Numbered from the stretch's first letter, positions 1 through 12,251 are shown. The stretch is 64,000 nt of DNA from Octopus sinensis (GCF_006345805.1 NC_043019.1:3782001-3846000); one strand, 5' to 3'. Program-made: numbers and translations. Notes: a model not told the origin generated them from the letters alone.

Positions 1-318
1 ATTCATTCATTCATTCATTCTTTTATCCGTTTATTCGTACTTTTAATAATTTGTTGTACTCTTTCATTCTTCTCCCCATTCGTCCGTTTGTTATCATCTC
101 ACGTTTTCTACTGCTTTCGGCTTTTTCTCCTTTGTATTCTGAAAATTCCTTTTTCGTTTCTTCCACTTCTTAAATTTGTAGGTGTTGAAAAAGGTTTATC
201 GCGTGTATGCGTGTCTGTCTCTGTGTCTGTGTGTGTGTGCATATACATTTTTTTCACTCACACTTTGAAAGGGACAGAAATAGTTCATTAACTTAAATAT
301 AAAATGTATCTTTTTTTT

Positions 319-541
319 ACTCTTTTACTCTTTTAACTCTTTTACTTGTTTCAAGTCATTTGACTGCGGCCATGCTGGAGCAACGCCTTTAGTCGAGCAA
401 ATCGACCCCGGACTTATTCTTTGTAAGCCCAGTACTTTATTCTATCTTTTGCCGAACCGCTAGGTGACGGGGACGTAAACACAACGCAATCGGTTGTCAA
501 GCAATGCTAGGAACCAACACAGACACACAGCACACGCAACC

Positions 542-584
<43 letters not shown>

Positions 585-757
585 TACATATATACGACAG
601 GCTTCTCTTCAGTTTCCGTCTACCAAATCCACTCACAAGGCATTGTCGACCCGGGGCTATAGCAGAAGACACTTGCCCAAGATGCCACGCAGTGGGACTG
701 AACCTGGAACCATGTGGTTAGTTAGCAAGCTACTTACCTCACAGCCACTCCTGCACC
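319..757 (-). mobile_element. SINE-A (tRNA-derived head, CORE-like ACCTTGGGCAAGT, internal TA/CA microsatellite, AAAAGAGT tail)
   Basis: A box TGGCTGTGTGG and B box GGTTCAGTCCC; about 20 similar copies in the window. Confidence 0.9.
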
Positions 758-876
758 TATCTGTTCTCATTATTGATTACCCTGGCCATAAATTGTCGTT
801 ATCCCATTTTTTGAAATCGTCCACTTTAAATCGCATTTCTAAAATCAGTCCACAAAAATCGCACGCACGCACTCAA

Positions 877-909
<33 letters not shown>

Positions 910-957
910 GTTCTCAATTCTTTTGATAAAGAGAAAATAAGAAAACAAAGCCCCCCA

Positions 958-1798
958 TACAATACCTATTTCTTTACTACCCACAAGGGGCTAAACACAG
1001 AGGGGACAAACAAGAACAGACAAACGGATTAAGTCGATTATATCGACCCCAGTGCGTAACTGGTACTTAATCTATCGACCCCGAAAGGATGAAAGGTAAA
1101 GTCGACCTCGGCGGAATATGAACTCTGAACGTAACGGCAGACGAAATACCGCTAAGCATTTCGCCCGGCGTGCTAACGTTTCTGCCAGCTCGCCGGTCTT
1201 GCATTTATTCACTGTTCTGCTTACAGACTGAAAATGAAGAATGCAATTTCATTGGTATTCATGGTATACTCTACAGTACCGTGGACTATACCAGACTGTG
1301 GTACCTACATACAGCTGAGTGAACTGGGCAGCTGGGCTGTTGACAGCTGCCTTGGTCACGGACACAGTGCTGTGAACTATACCTATTTCTTTACTACCCA
1401 CAAGGAGCTAAACACAGAGAGGACAAACCAGGACTGATAAACGGTTTCAGTCGATTATATCAACCCCAGTGCGTAACTGGTACTTATTTAATCGACCCCT
1501 AAAGGATGAAAGGCGAAGTCGACCTCAGCAGAATTTGAACTCAGAACGTAGCGGCAGACGAAATACCTATTTCTTTACTACCCACAAGGGGCTAAACACA
1601 CAGAGGACAAACAAGGACAGACAAACGGATTAAGTCGATTATATCGACCCCAGTGCATAACTGGTTCATAATTTATCGACCCCGAAAGGATGAAGGGCAA
1701 AGACGACCTTGGCGGAATTTGAACTCAGAACGTAGCGGCAGACGAAATACCGCTAAGCATTTTACCCGGCGTGCTAACGTTTCTGCCAGCTCGCCGCC
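958..1798 (-). mobile_element. SINE-B copies (958-1196; tandem pair 1380-1798)
   Basis: Head GGCGAGCTGGCAGAAACGTTAGC with GAGTTCAAATTCC B box, central GCCTTTCATCCTTTCGGGGTCGATAAA domain, 3' end GTAGTAAAGAAATAGGT. Confidence 0.9.
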
Positions 1799-1969
1799 TT
1801 TATGAGTATATCACACTGCGATACCTACTTACAGCCAGGTGGACTGGACTATTGACATTCAGATGTCTTAGTCCTTGTATACCATACAGTGAACTATACT
1901 GCACTGGTATCTATTTACAGCTAAGTGGACTGATTACAGTCAAGTGTTTTGGTTATTGGACACAGTTAT

Positions 1970-2402
1970 GAGGCGCAGGAGTGGCTGTGTGGTAAGTAGC
2001 TTGCTAACCAACTACATGGTTCCGGGTTCAGTCCCACTGCGTGGCACCTTGGGCAAGTGTCTTCTGCTATAGCCCCGGGCCGACCAATGCCTTGTGAGTG
2101 GATTTGGTAGGCGGAAACTGAAAGAAGCCTGTCGTATATATGTATATATATATATATATATGTGTGTCTGCGTTTGTTCCCCACAACATTGCTTGAAAAC
2201 CGATGCTGGTGTGTTTACGTCCCCGTCACTTAGCGGTTCGGCAAAAGAGACGACCGATAGAATAAGTACTAGGCTTACAAAAGAATAAAATCCCGGGGTC
2301 GATTTGCTCAACTAAAGAAAGGCGGTGCTCCAGCATGGCCGCAGTCAAATGACTGAAACAAGTAAAAAGAGTAAAAAAAAAAAAAAAGGAGAGAGTAAAG
2401 AG
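1970..2402 (+). mobile_element. SINE-A
   Basis: Full-length family copy. Confidence 0.9.
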
Positions 2403-2879
2403 TTATAGTAAACCATAACAATTTGTGGTACCTGTTTACAGCTAGGCAAACTGGGCCAGCCATTGAGTGAGAAGTGCCAAAGACAGGATTCAAATCAACA
2501 GCTCTGATAGTTATTTGACAGTGTGCCTACGCCGACATTGCAATCTCTTATTTTGGCATATATTTCTTTAAAAAAAATTTTAATGTGTGACCTTGTCACA
2601 TGCTTCAAGATTGTAGAAAGGGTTGTTGTCCTTTGTGGTTCTTGTTTTTTGTTGTTGTTGTTGTTGCTGTTGTTGTTTTAGTAAGATTCGGTTGCTATAT
2701 TCGTAGGAATTGGTTTTGGGTGAGAATCTGAGAATCGGTGCCTCCAGCGGCATTGTGTATTGTTGTTGTTGTTGTTTAAACTTGCGTCAGGCTGACTGTT
2801 GAAATGATATGTTTTGCAGTGTTGTGGCTGGCTTGGAAGAAGAGAACAAACAAAAAAAAAACAGGTCATGTGTGGTATG

Positions 2880-2898
2880 TATGTGTTATGTAGGTATA

Positions 2899-2936
<38 letters not shown>

Positions 2937-3006
2937 TTATATTATATATATATTTATATATTATATATTATTTATATATATATATATTGTATATATATAT
3001 ATTATT

Positions 3007-3059
<53 letters not shown>

Positions 3060-3370
3060 ATGTTTGTGTGTATATGTATGTAGGTATTGTGCATATATAT
3101 ATATACATGCACACACTTGTATCAAGATGTATGTATGCTTGTGTGCGTGTGTTTGTATATATGTTTGGATGCATATGCATGTGTGTATATATATATATGT
3201 ATATGTTTGTGTGTATATACATATATATGTATATATGTGTCTGTGTGTGTATATATATCTATATGCATATATGTGTATATATATCATCATTTAACGTCTA
3301 TTGTCCATGCTGGCATGGGTTATCTACTAAGTTTATGTATGTATGTATGAAAGTATATGTATGTGTATAT
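2880..3370. repeat. (TA)n/(TG)n compound microsatellite
   Basis: Seen directly. Confidence 0.95.
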
Positions 3371-3372
3371 AT

Positions 3373-3518
3373 ATGGTAAGTAGCTTGCTTACGAACTACA
3401 TAGTTCCGGGTTCAGTCCCACTGCGTGGCACGTTGGGCAAGAGCCTTCTACTATAGCTTCGGCCCGACCAAAGCCTTGTGAGTGGATTTGGTAGACGGAA
3501 ACTGAAAGAAGCTCGTCG

Positions 3519-3551
<33 letters not shown>

Positions 3552-3772
3552 GTGTGTATATGTTTGTGTGTCAGGGTTTGTCCCCCCAACATTACTTGAC
3601 AACCGATGCTGGTGTGGTTTACGTCCCTGTAACTTAGTGGTTCGGCAAAAGAGACCGATAGAATAAGTACTAGGCTTACAAAGAATAAGTCCTGGGGTCG
3701 ATTTGCTCGACTAAAGGCAGTGCTCCAGCATGGCCGCTGTCAAAATGACTGAAACAAGTAAACGAGTAAAAA
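3373..3772 (+). mobile_element. SINE-A, 5'-truncated
   Basis: Family match. Confidence 0.9.
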
Positions 3773-4234
3773 AACATATATATGTGCGTGTGTGTGTGTG
3801 TGTGTGCAGCTGCACTTTATCTGTTTACATAATTTGCAATGCTGCAGCACTGGTGCTGATACGGCTGACTGTTTTAACGACAACAATAGCCGTAACAGCT
3901 ATGGTAGTGTGGATGGCACCACGTCTTGCTAATAAAAGAAAAATAAACAATGCAATATCTGGGAAAAGATGCCAGCAACTACAATACAATAGGATCTAGT
4001 TTTTCTTTAGCAACAAAGTCTATGTGTCTGGCAGAACCAGTAGAGCACCGGAGAAAACGCTTTGTGACATTCAGTGACGCTTCTCAACGTTACGAGTTCA
4101 ATTCCTGCCTAGATCACCTAGTTTTTTTGTTTTTTTTTGCTCTAGATCTTTTCAAAATTGATAAAATAAATACCAGCCTTTACTGGGGAACACTTCCCCT
4201 CCTCTTCCACCTCCTCCTCCCTTTGTTCTTTCTT

Positions 4235-4615
4235 TCTTTAGTCGAGCAAATCGCCCCCAGGACTTATTCTTTGTAAGCCTAGTACTTATTCTATCGGTTT
4301 CTTTTGCCAAACCGCTAAGTGACCAGGACGTAAACAGACCAGCATTGGTTGTCAAGCAATGTTGGGGGGGACAAACACAAACACACAAACACACACACAC
4401 GCATAATTATACATATATACATACATATATAAGACAGGCTTCTTTCAGTTTCCGTCTACCAAATCTTCTCACAAGGCTTTGGTCGGCCCGAGGCCATAGT
4501 AGAAGACACTTATCCAAGGTGCCATGCAGTAGGAATGAACCCTGAACCATGTGGCTGGTAGGCAAGCTACTTACCACACAGTCACTCCTACGCCTACACA
4601 GCCACTCCTTCACCT
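4235..4615 (-). mobile_element. SINE-A
   Basis: Family match. Confidence 0.85.
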
Positions 4616-4953
4616 AATGGTAAACTTATTGGATTATTTCTGAAAACTTCATTCAAAAAAACCTAATGGTGTTGCCTGTGTTGTGTCTGGATCAAAAGAT
4701 AGCTGCTCATCTGCTAATCATTGAAAAGTGAAGGAAATTGGAATATGATGATTACTTAATGCACTTTACAGATGCACTTGTATATTTTATGCGCAATTTT
4801 ATAGACTTAATACACAGCACTCTCCCTCTTTCTCTCTCACTCTTCGCCTTGCTCTCTTTTTCTTTCCCCTTTTTCTTTCACTCTTTATCTTTCCCTTCAG
4901 CTAATCACATGAAAGCATTACAAATGGGCTGAGTAAGAGAGGAAAAAAAATTT

Positions 4954-5612
4954 TACCGTATTTTAATATGTGCTACTGCATGCATATACAGCCGCGTGCA
5001 TGCGCACATACATGCGAGTACTGTCCAAATCTCTGACCAATCACATACAGCTAGCTGGCATTCAATTGGCGTATCAAGTTTCGGGCATTTTGATTGGGTT
5101 TCGGATAGAAAATTCTACAAAAAGTCACTTCTATTGATTTTTGTAATGGCTTTGCAGGGGTGACTGGGGAAATGTAAAGATGTGCACGACCACCCTTGAA
5201 CGGTTTTGAATGACCATAGAAAGTGTGAGCCCTCTAACTGGAAAATTGTGGATTTGTATAAAGGACACACACACAGACAGACATTTTGCCGTTTATATAT
5301 ATAGAAATTTGTGTGGTGACTGTGGAAATGTAAAGATGTGCACGGCCACCCTTGGACAGTTTTGAATGACCATAGAAAATGCGAGCCCTCTAACTAAAAA
5401 ATTGTGGATTTGTATAAAGAACACACACACAGACAGACATTTTGCTGTTTATATATATAGAGATAAGGAACCCCCTAATTTTGGGGGCTTAAAATTTGGG
5501 AAAAAAAGGCTTTCCAAGGGATTATAATACTATTCATGTATAAGAAACTCCCATAGTTTTTTAACCTAATTTTTTACGGAAAAGAGTTCCTTATACACGT
5601 TAAAATACGGTA
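4954..5612. mobile_element. Tc2/pogo-like MITE (TA-CCGTATTTTAA termini) interrupted by a Helitron
   Basis: taccgtattttaa at 4954 and ttaaaatacggta ending at 5612. Confidence 0.6.
4975..5462 (-). mobile_element. Non-autonomous Helitron with tandem duplication of its 5' ~155 bp
   Basis: 5' TCTATATATATAAAC..CAAAATGTC; same family as 49273-49612. Confidence 0.7.
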
Positions 5613-5805
5613 GTTGAAAAAAAAAGAAAAATTACATGTTTAATTCACCACCACCTCTCCCTCATTTCTCTTTTTTCCCCCATTTCATCTAATCAAATGG
5701 GAGCAAGATTACAGGTTTCTTCCCAAATTCCAAAAACCTACTTTTAAGTCTGAGTACTCTGGAACATGTCATCATAGACTGGACCCTTCACTATTTTAAA
5801 AGCCA

Positions 5806-6205
5806 TGGCGGAGGAGTGGCTGTTGTGGTAAGTAGCTTGCTTACCAACCACATGGTTCCGGGTTCAAACCCACTGCATGGCACCTTGGGCAAGTGTCTTC
5901 TACTATAGTCTCGGGCTGACCAAAGCCTTGTGAGTGGATTTGGTTGACGGAAACTGAAAGTAGCCCGTCATTTATATATATATGTATGTGTGTGTTTGTG
6001 TGTCTGTGTTTGTCCCCCTAGCATTGCTTGACAACCAATGCTGGTGTGTTTATGTCCCCGTCACTTAGCGGTTCGGCAAAAGAGACCGATGGAATAAGTA
6101 CTAGGCTTACAAAGAATAAGTTCTGGGGTCGAGTTGCTCGACTAAAGGCGGTGTTCCAGCATGGCCGCAGTCAACTGACTGAAACAAGTAAAAGAGTAAA
6201 AAGAG
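5806..6205 (+). mobile_element. SINE-A
   Basis: Family match. Confidence 0.9.
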
Positions 6206-6324
6206 TATATCCAGCTCAGACATTCTGTATGTTTTATATTCAAACTGCTCTGATCTGGCTTCTTACATCTATCCTACAATGTCATTCTAAATATAAACAA
6301 TCACATCAAGTTATGAGATAGTGT

Positions 6325-6427
6325 ATACACTTTTACTCAATAAACAATCGCAACACCCGGTCTGGGAATCGAAATCGCGATCCTACAACCGCGAGTCCGC
6401 TGCCCTAACCACTGGGCCATTGCGCCT

Positions 6428-6430
<3 letters not shown>
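6325..6430 (-). mobile_element. SINE-D head fragment
   Basis: GGAGGCGCAATGGCCCAGTGGTTAGGGCAGCGGACTCGCGG tRNA-like head. Confidence 0.8.
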
Positions 6431-6470
<40 letters not shown>

Positions 6471-6471
<1 letters not shown>

Positions 6472-6878
6472 TAGCAGTATCGCTCGGGTTTGTAAGGGGA
6501 ATAACTATATAAGCATTTTTAGAGAGTTATACCCAAAAAATAGGAAAAAATGCATTAAAAATGGAAAAAAAATTAAGGTAAATTTCTTTTTAAATCGTTG
6601 ACACATCGTAGATATTTTTAGAGAGTTACTTCCCTTATATAATAGCGAAAAAAATGCATTAAAATGGAAAAATACGATGGTAAATTTTTTTAAATCGTAG
6701 ACTCATCGTAGACGCACGCTAATACCCAGAAGGGCTCGATATGACTCACGACTATAAGATACCCGGTTTTGGTTACACTGCACCGCAAAATGTGGGAGTA
6801 GTTAGGAATCTAAATCGTAGGAGACAGACACACAACTTCACTCTTATATATAAAGATATAAGTCACGTAGTTATATAC
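6471..6878 (-). mobile_element. Non-autonomous Helitron
   Basis: 3' CCCGAGCGATACTGCTAG|T and 5' TC.TTATATATAA; same family as 28817-29456 but lacks the internal ~170-bp block. Confidence 0.75.
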
Positions 6879-6964
6879 ACATACTTTGTTATATACACAT
6901 TCTTAAAAGAAAATGTTATTTTGAATACAACATTTATAAAGAATAAAATATTTTTTGGTTTTTC

Positions 6965-7625
6965 TTAACCCTTTCGTTACTATATTTCTGACCAAAATAC
7001 ACCCCTTATGTGTTTCAATTAATTTCTAACGTAATCATAAATTTAGTCTGGTTTCATTAAACAACTATAACTTTTTTATTTATCAATATATTAATGTGAA
7101 TTTTGGAAGATAATTTAATGAAATGTCCTCAACCAATTCTATACTATAATTTTTGTCACAAAGTGACTCTAATTGCAGGTAGATACAGGTAAATTCCACA
7201 AAATATAAAATTATTAAAATTTTGTTCAAACATCGCTATAGAAAATGGGTCATTAGCTAATATTCAATTGGGTATACAACAAAATTTTACGATAGAATTT
7301 GTTATTCTGGGTAACTTTCTGATACCCATAATAATATTTATGGCAAAATAGGCCTTAATTTCATTTAAGGTTATGGGAAATAACAAACTATCTTTTTTTT
7401 CGTTTTGTTTACGTTTAGCGTAATGTTTCGTTTCTGCTGTAATGATTTCAAATGGGCTCATTCGAAAAAGTAAATAGAAATAGTCTAAGGCTTTACTCTT
7501 CTGGGAAAGTCTGTGGCTTGGTGCAGTTTCTTCAGAAAAATCACCGAAAGAAACAGTTTTTAAATTTTCACTCCATTCAGGTACCAATTCGTTTTCTTTA
7601 TCGCTGTCGGATTCACTGTTTTCAC
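6965..7625 (-). mobile_element. Internally deleted piggyBac element with a transposase (DDE_Tnp_1_7/PGBD-type) N-terminal fragment
   Basis: TTAACCCTTTCGTTAC terminus; ORF 7264-7587 contains LDYFYLLF..IITAETKHYAKRKQ..ITLNEIKAYFAINIIMGIRKLP, a typical piggyBac motif. Confidence 0.8.
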
Positions 7626-7696
7626 TTTAATAGCTGCAAACTTGCAAAGACAAAGGAGGAGAAGGGTGATAGCGTCAGTGAAACAATTCGCTCCCT

Positions 7697-7944
7697 TTGT
7701 GTGTGTGTGCGTTTGCGTGTGGTGTAAACCACATTAAGAAAAACATTTGACATACACACCAGAATGTGAGTTTTCTGTAAATTTTGCTTAATTGGGGTTT
7801 AAATTTTAAAAACTGGACCTGGCATGACCCGATGCATTCTACTCTTAAAAATGCTCGGTAAATTGTAATTGAAGAAATCCTATATTGTAGATTTCTATAA
7901 GTTACAAAGGGAGGCAGATAAAATCTGCCTTTTATAATAAGATA
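7697..7944 (-). mobile_element. 5' module of a Helitron-like element
   Basis: TCTTATTATAAAAGGCAGATTTTATCTGCCTCCC; also at about 30440-30690 and 47372-47620. Confidence 0.65.
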
Positions 7945-7964
7945 TATATATATATTATATATAT

Positions 7965-7997
<33 letters not shown>

Positions 7998-8420
7998 TAC
8001 TCTTTACTCTCTCTTTACTCTTTTACTTGTTTCAGTCATTTGACTGTGGCCATGCTGGAGCACCGCCTTTAGTCGAGCAAATTGACCCCAGGACTTATTC
8101 TTTGTAAGCCTAGTACTTATTACATCAGTCTATTTTTGCCGAACTGCTAAGTTACGGGGACGTAAACACACCAGCATCGGTTGTCAAGCGATGTTGGGGG
8201 GGACAAACACAGATACACAAACACACACACATATATATACATATATACATATATACGACGGGCTTCTTTCAGTTTCCATCTACCAAATCCACTCACAAGG
8301 CTTTGGTCGGCCCGAGGCTATAGTAGAAGACACTTGCCCAAGGTGCTGCGCAGTGGGACTGAACCTGGAACCATGTGGTTGGTAAGCAAGCTACTTACCA
8401 CACAGCCACTCCTGCGCCTA
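7998..8420 (-). mobile_element. SINE-A
   Basis: Family match. Confidence 0.9.
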
Positions 8421-8701
8421 TATATATATATGATGTGGGACAAAGTGGTGAGAAACAATCTTCAGACACTGAGCCTCACTGAGAAAGAGGCAAGGGACTG
8501 CGAGATGTGGGGATTTGCTGTAGTTGATAAGATGCATCAAGCTAAATAAAATTACTGTCTTCCACATATACAGGTTTCTCCTTTCAGGTGCCAGTGCCAA
8601 TTAAAAAGCACCTGTGTCGGTGCTACGTAAACACACCTGTACCAGTGATGTGTAAACACACCCTTGCTGGTGTCATATAAAAAGTGTCCCAGCACACTCT
8701 G

Positions 8702-9416
8702 TTAACCCTTCTGATACCAACCCGGCTGAAGCCGGCTCTGGCTCTGTAGTACAAATGTCCTGTTTTCATAAGTTTTGAATTAAAATCTTCCACCAAACCT
8801 TAGTCACAATTTATGTTCCTAACACTAACTGAATGATAACCAAGTTATTTTACTAAATCCTTTGTCATATTTAAAATAATTAAAAGAAACACAGAACATC
8901 TCAAAATAAATACAGTAATGAAAGGGTTAAAGTCCCCATGATATTTTTAACCCTTATGTTACAAACCCAGCTGAAACCGGCTCTGGCTCTGAGTAAAATG
9001 TCTCGTTTTCATAAGTTTTGAATTAAAATCTTCCACCAAACCTTAATCCCAATTTATATTCCCAACACTAGCTTAATGATAACAAAGTTATTTTACTAAA
9101 TTCTTTGTTATATTTAAAATAATTGAAAAAAGCACAGAACATCTCAAAATAAATACAGTAACAAAAGGGTTAAAGTCCCCATGATATTTTTAACCCTTTT
9201 GTTACCAACCCAGCTGAAACCGGCTCTGGCTCTGAGTAAAATGTCTCGTTTTCATAAGTTTTGAATTAAAATCTTCCACCAAACCTTAGTCACAGTTTAT
9301 GTTCCTAACACTAGCTGAATGGTAACTAAGTTATTTTACTAAATTCTTTGTTATATTTAAAATAATTGAAAGAAACACAGAGCATCTCAAAATAAATACG
9401 GTACCGAAAGAGTTAA
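8702..9416. mobile_element. Three tandem ~220-bp piggyBac-type MITEs inserted in a SINE-C
   Basis: TTAA-CCCTT...AAGGG-TTAA at 8702-8930, 8947-9173 and 9190-9416; SINE-C continues on both sides. Confidence 0.85.
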
Positions 9417-9582
9417 GTGGTTAGCATTAGGAAGGGCATCCAGCCATAGAAACCAGGTAAAAACAAACTATTGGAGTCTGGACAGCTCTCTGACTGATCA
9501 GCTCCATGCCAAACCATCCAACCCATGACAGCATGGAAAGCAGACATTAAGCAATGATGGTGATATATATATATATATACAT

Positions 9583-10000
9583 AAGGCGGTGAGCTGGCTG
9601 AATCGTTAGCACGCCAGGCGAAATGTTTAGTAGTATTTCGTCTGCCGCTACGTTCTGAGTTCAAATTCTGCTGAGGTTGACTTTGCCTTTCATCCTTTCG
9701 GAGTCGATAATTTAAGTACCAGTTATGCACTGGGGTCGTTGTTGTCGACTTAATCTGTTTGTCTATCCTTGTTTGTCCTCTCTGTGTTTAGCCCCTTGTG
9801 GGTAGTAAAGAAATAGGTATTTCGTCTGCCATTACGTTGTGAGTTCAAATTCCGCCGAGGTCGACTTTGCCTTTCATCCTTTCGGGGGTTGATAAATTAA
9901 GTACCAGTTATGCACTGGGGTCAATGTAGTCGACTTAATCCGTTTGTCTGTCCTTGTTTGTTCTCTCTGTGTTTAGCCCCTTGTGGGTAGTAAAGAAATA
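9583..10000 (+). mobile_element. SINE-B, one head plus two bodies
   Basis: Junction GAAATAGGT|ATTTCGTCTGCC at about 9817. Confidence 0.9.
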
Positions 10001-10010
10001 TATATACATA

Positions 10011-10425
10011 CAGGCGCTGGAGTGGCTGTGTGGTAAGTAGCTTGTTTACCAACCACATGGTTCCGGGTTCAGTCCCACTGCGTGGCACCTTGGGCAAGTG
10101 TCTTCTACTATAGCCTCGGGCCAACCAAAGCCTTGTGGGTGGATTTGGTAGACGGAAACTGAAAGAAGCCTGTCGTATATATGTATGTATATGTGTGTGT
10201 GTGTGTATATGTTTGTGTGTCTGTGTTTGTTCCCCTAGCATTGCTTGACAACCGATGCTGGTGTGTTTACGTCCCCGTCACTTAACGGTTCGGCAAAAGA
10301 GACCGATAGAATAAGTACTGGGCTTACAAAAGAATAAGTTCCGGGGTCGAGTTGTTCGATTAAAGGCGGTGCTCCAGCATGGCCGCAGTCAAATGACTGA
10401 AACAAATAAAAGAGTTAAAAGAGAG
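10011..10425 (+). mobile_element. SINE-A
   Basis: Family match. Confidence 0.9.
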
Positions 10426-10904
10426 AGAAAAGAGTATACATATATACACACACACTATATACATTCCTGCACGCATATACACTTGCGCACAAGTAAGCAC
10501 GTATATATATCGTTAACCACTATTAGTTTGGTTCATTGGGACTTCCTTTGCTTATGGCTTGGCGACCTTTAAATAGACAGATAGCAATTATCCGTGCTGT
10601 GTGTGTGCATGTGTGTATTATATATATACACACTTGTATGAACGCGTGGGCATATATATATATGTTACAAAGTCACAGAACTATAATAAAACAAACAACT
10701 GTGTACGTTAATTAGAATTAGTCTCAGCTCTACTTTCTTTTTCTTTCTTCCATTCTTACATACTCTCTTTCTCTCTCTCTCTCTCACCCTCTCTCTCTCG
10801 TTATCCTTCACCAGTAATACCTGTTTATTTAGATATAGATATATAAATATGCTCACACACACACACATATGTATATAAACACAAACACACAGACACACAT
10901 ATAT

Positions 10905-11250
10905 ATCATCATCATCATCATTTAGCGTCCGCTTTCCATGCTAGCATGGGTTGGACGGTTCAACTGGGATCTGGGAAACCAGAAAAAAACAGGCAAAATC
11001 AAAAACACAGTTCTAGACCAAATTGCTTACTTTCAATACAACTCCGTGAGTGTAGTGGGTGCTTTTTACGTGCCACCTGCACAGGTGCCAGACGGGGCTG
11101 GCAAACGGCCACGGACGGATGGTGCTTTTTACATGCCACCAGCACGGGGGCCAGGCGAGGCTGGCAACGGCCACGATCGGAAGGTGCTTTTTACGTGCCA
11201 CCGGCATAGAGGCCAGTCGGGGCGGCACTGGCAACGGCCACGATCGGATG
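10905..11250 (-). mobile_element. SINE-C ((GAT)n tail, internal GCCGGTGGCACGTAAAAAGCACC repeats)
   Basis: Family match; other copies carry GGTTGGCGTTAGGAAGGGCATCCAGC (Nin/Deu-like), but here a foreign patch replaces that segment. Confidence 0.85.
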
Positions 11251-11260
11251 GTTCGCTTAC

Positions 11261-11302
<42 letters not shown>

Positions 11303-11303
<1 letters not shown>

Positions 11304-11500
11304 CTCTTTACTCTTTTATTTGTTTCAGTCATTTGACTGTGGCCATGCTGGAGCACCGCCTTTAGTCAAGCAAATCGGCCCCAGGACTTATTCTTTGTAA
11401 GCCTAGTACTTAATCTATCGGTCTCTTTACCTGAACCGCTAAGTTGCAGGGACGTAAACACACCACCATCGGTTGTCAAGCGATGTTGGGGGGACAAACA
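11303..11500 (-). mobile_element. SINE-A 3' half
   Basis: Family match. Confidence 0.85.
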
Positions 11501-11513
11501 TATATATATATAT

Positions 11514-11767
11514 ATCTTTATATTAAATGTTGTATTGAAAGTAAGCAATTTGGTCTAGAACTGTGTTTTTGATTTTGCCTGTTTTTTCTTCTAAGTATTG
11601 AGTCACTGGATCTGTTATTAGGTAAATATATTTCCCTGTTGTATATATATTTCTTTACTATATATTTAATTTATATATATATATATATATAAGAAAAAAC
11701 AGGCAAAATCAAAAACACAGTTCTAGACCAAATTGCTTACTTTCAATACAACATTTAATATAAAGAT
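11514..11767. repeat. Foldback with 77-bp perfect inverted arms
   Basis: 11514-11590 is the exact reverse complement of 11691-11767. Confidence 0.9.
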
Positions 11768-11804
11768 TCTCATTTTCACACCTATGTTTCAAACTTTTGG
11801 CTAT

Positions 11805-11882
11805 GACTGTAGATAAAGTAATTAAGGATATGAAGACAGGGAAAGCTTCCGGACCACCGGGAATCGCTGCTGAAATGCTTAA
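11805..11882 (+). mobile_element. RTE-type LINE fragment (pre-RT region)
   Basis: Translates TVDKVIKDMKTGKASGPPGIAAEML, matching the K.GKA.GP.GI.AEMLK motif. Confidence 0.65.
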
Positions 11883-12251
11883 CCCTTTGTTAATCAAACA
11901 AGCCATATCTGGCCCAATTATTTTATCTGTTTTTTGTTCATACTGACCAGGTCCTGCTTCTTGTACCTACCTATTGTCATTCTAAAACTAAGCAATTAGG
12001 TAATTGAAATCACAAAGCTGTGAGATAATTCATGATTAATTCAAAACAATGTGAATTAATAAACATTATGTTTGACAGAATAATCGGAATGCTAAACGGT
12101 TAAAATATTTGGTGGATTAGGATACAGCTTAGTCACCCATATAATCAATCTCAATCAGGTGGCTCAGGGAAGTACCATGTCCAGTAGCTTCTCTAACAGC
12201 ATTATGGTTAGTTGCTACAGGAGTAAAAGAGGTGCCTTAGAAGCAAGTGTA

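Noticed and set aside
3825-3925. Possible minus-strand exon (ARRGAIHTTIAVTAIVVVK..)
   Set aside because: Good acceptor but weak donor and no recognisable protein similarity
8181-8549. Recurrent peptide RRASFSFRLPNPLTRLWSARGYSRRHLPKVPRSGTEPGTM seen in many ORFs
   Set aside because: Antisense translation of SINE-A, not a gene family
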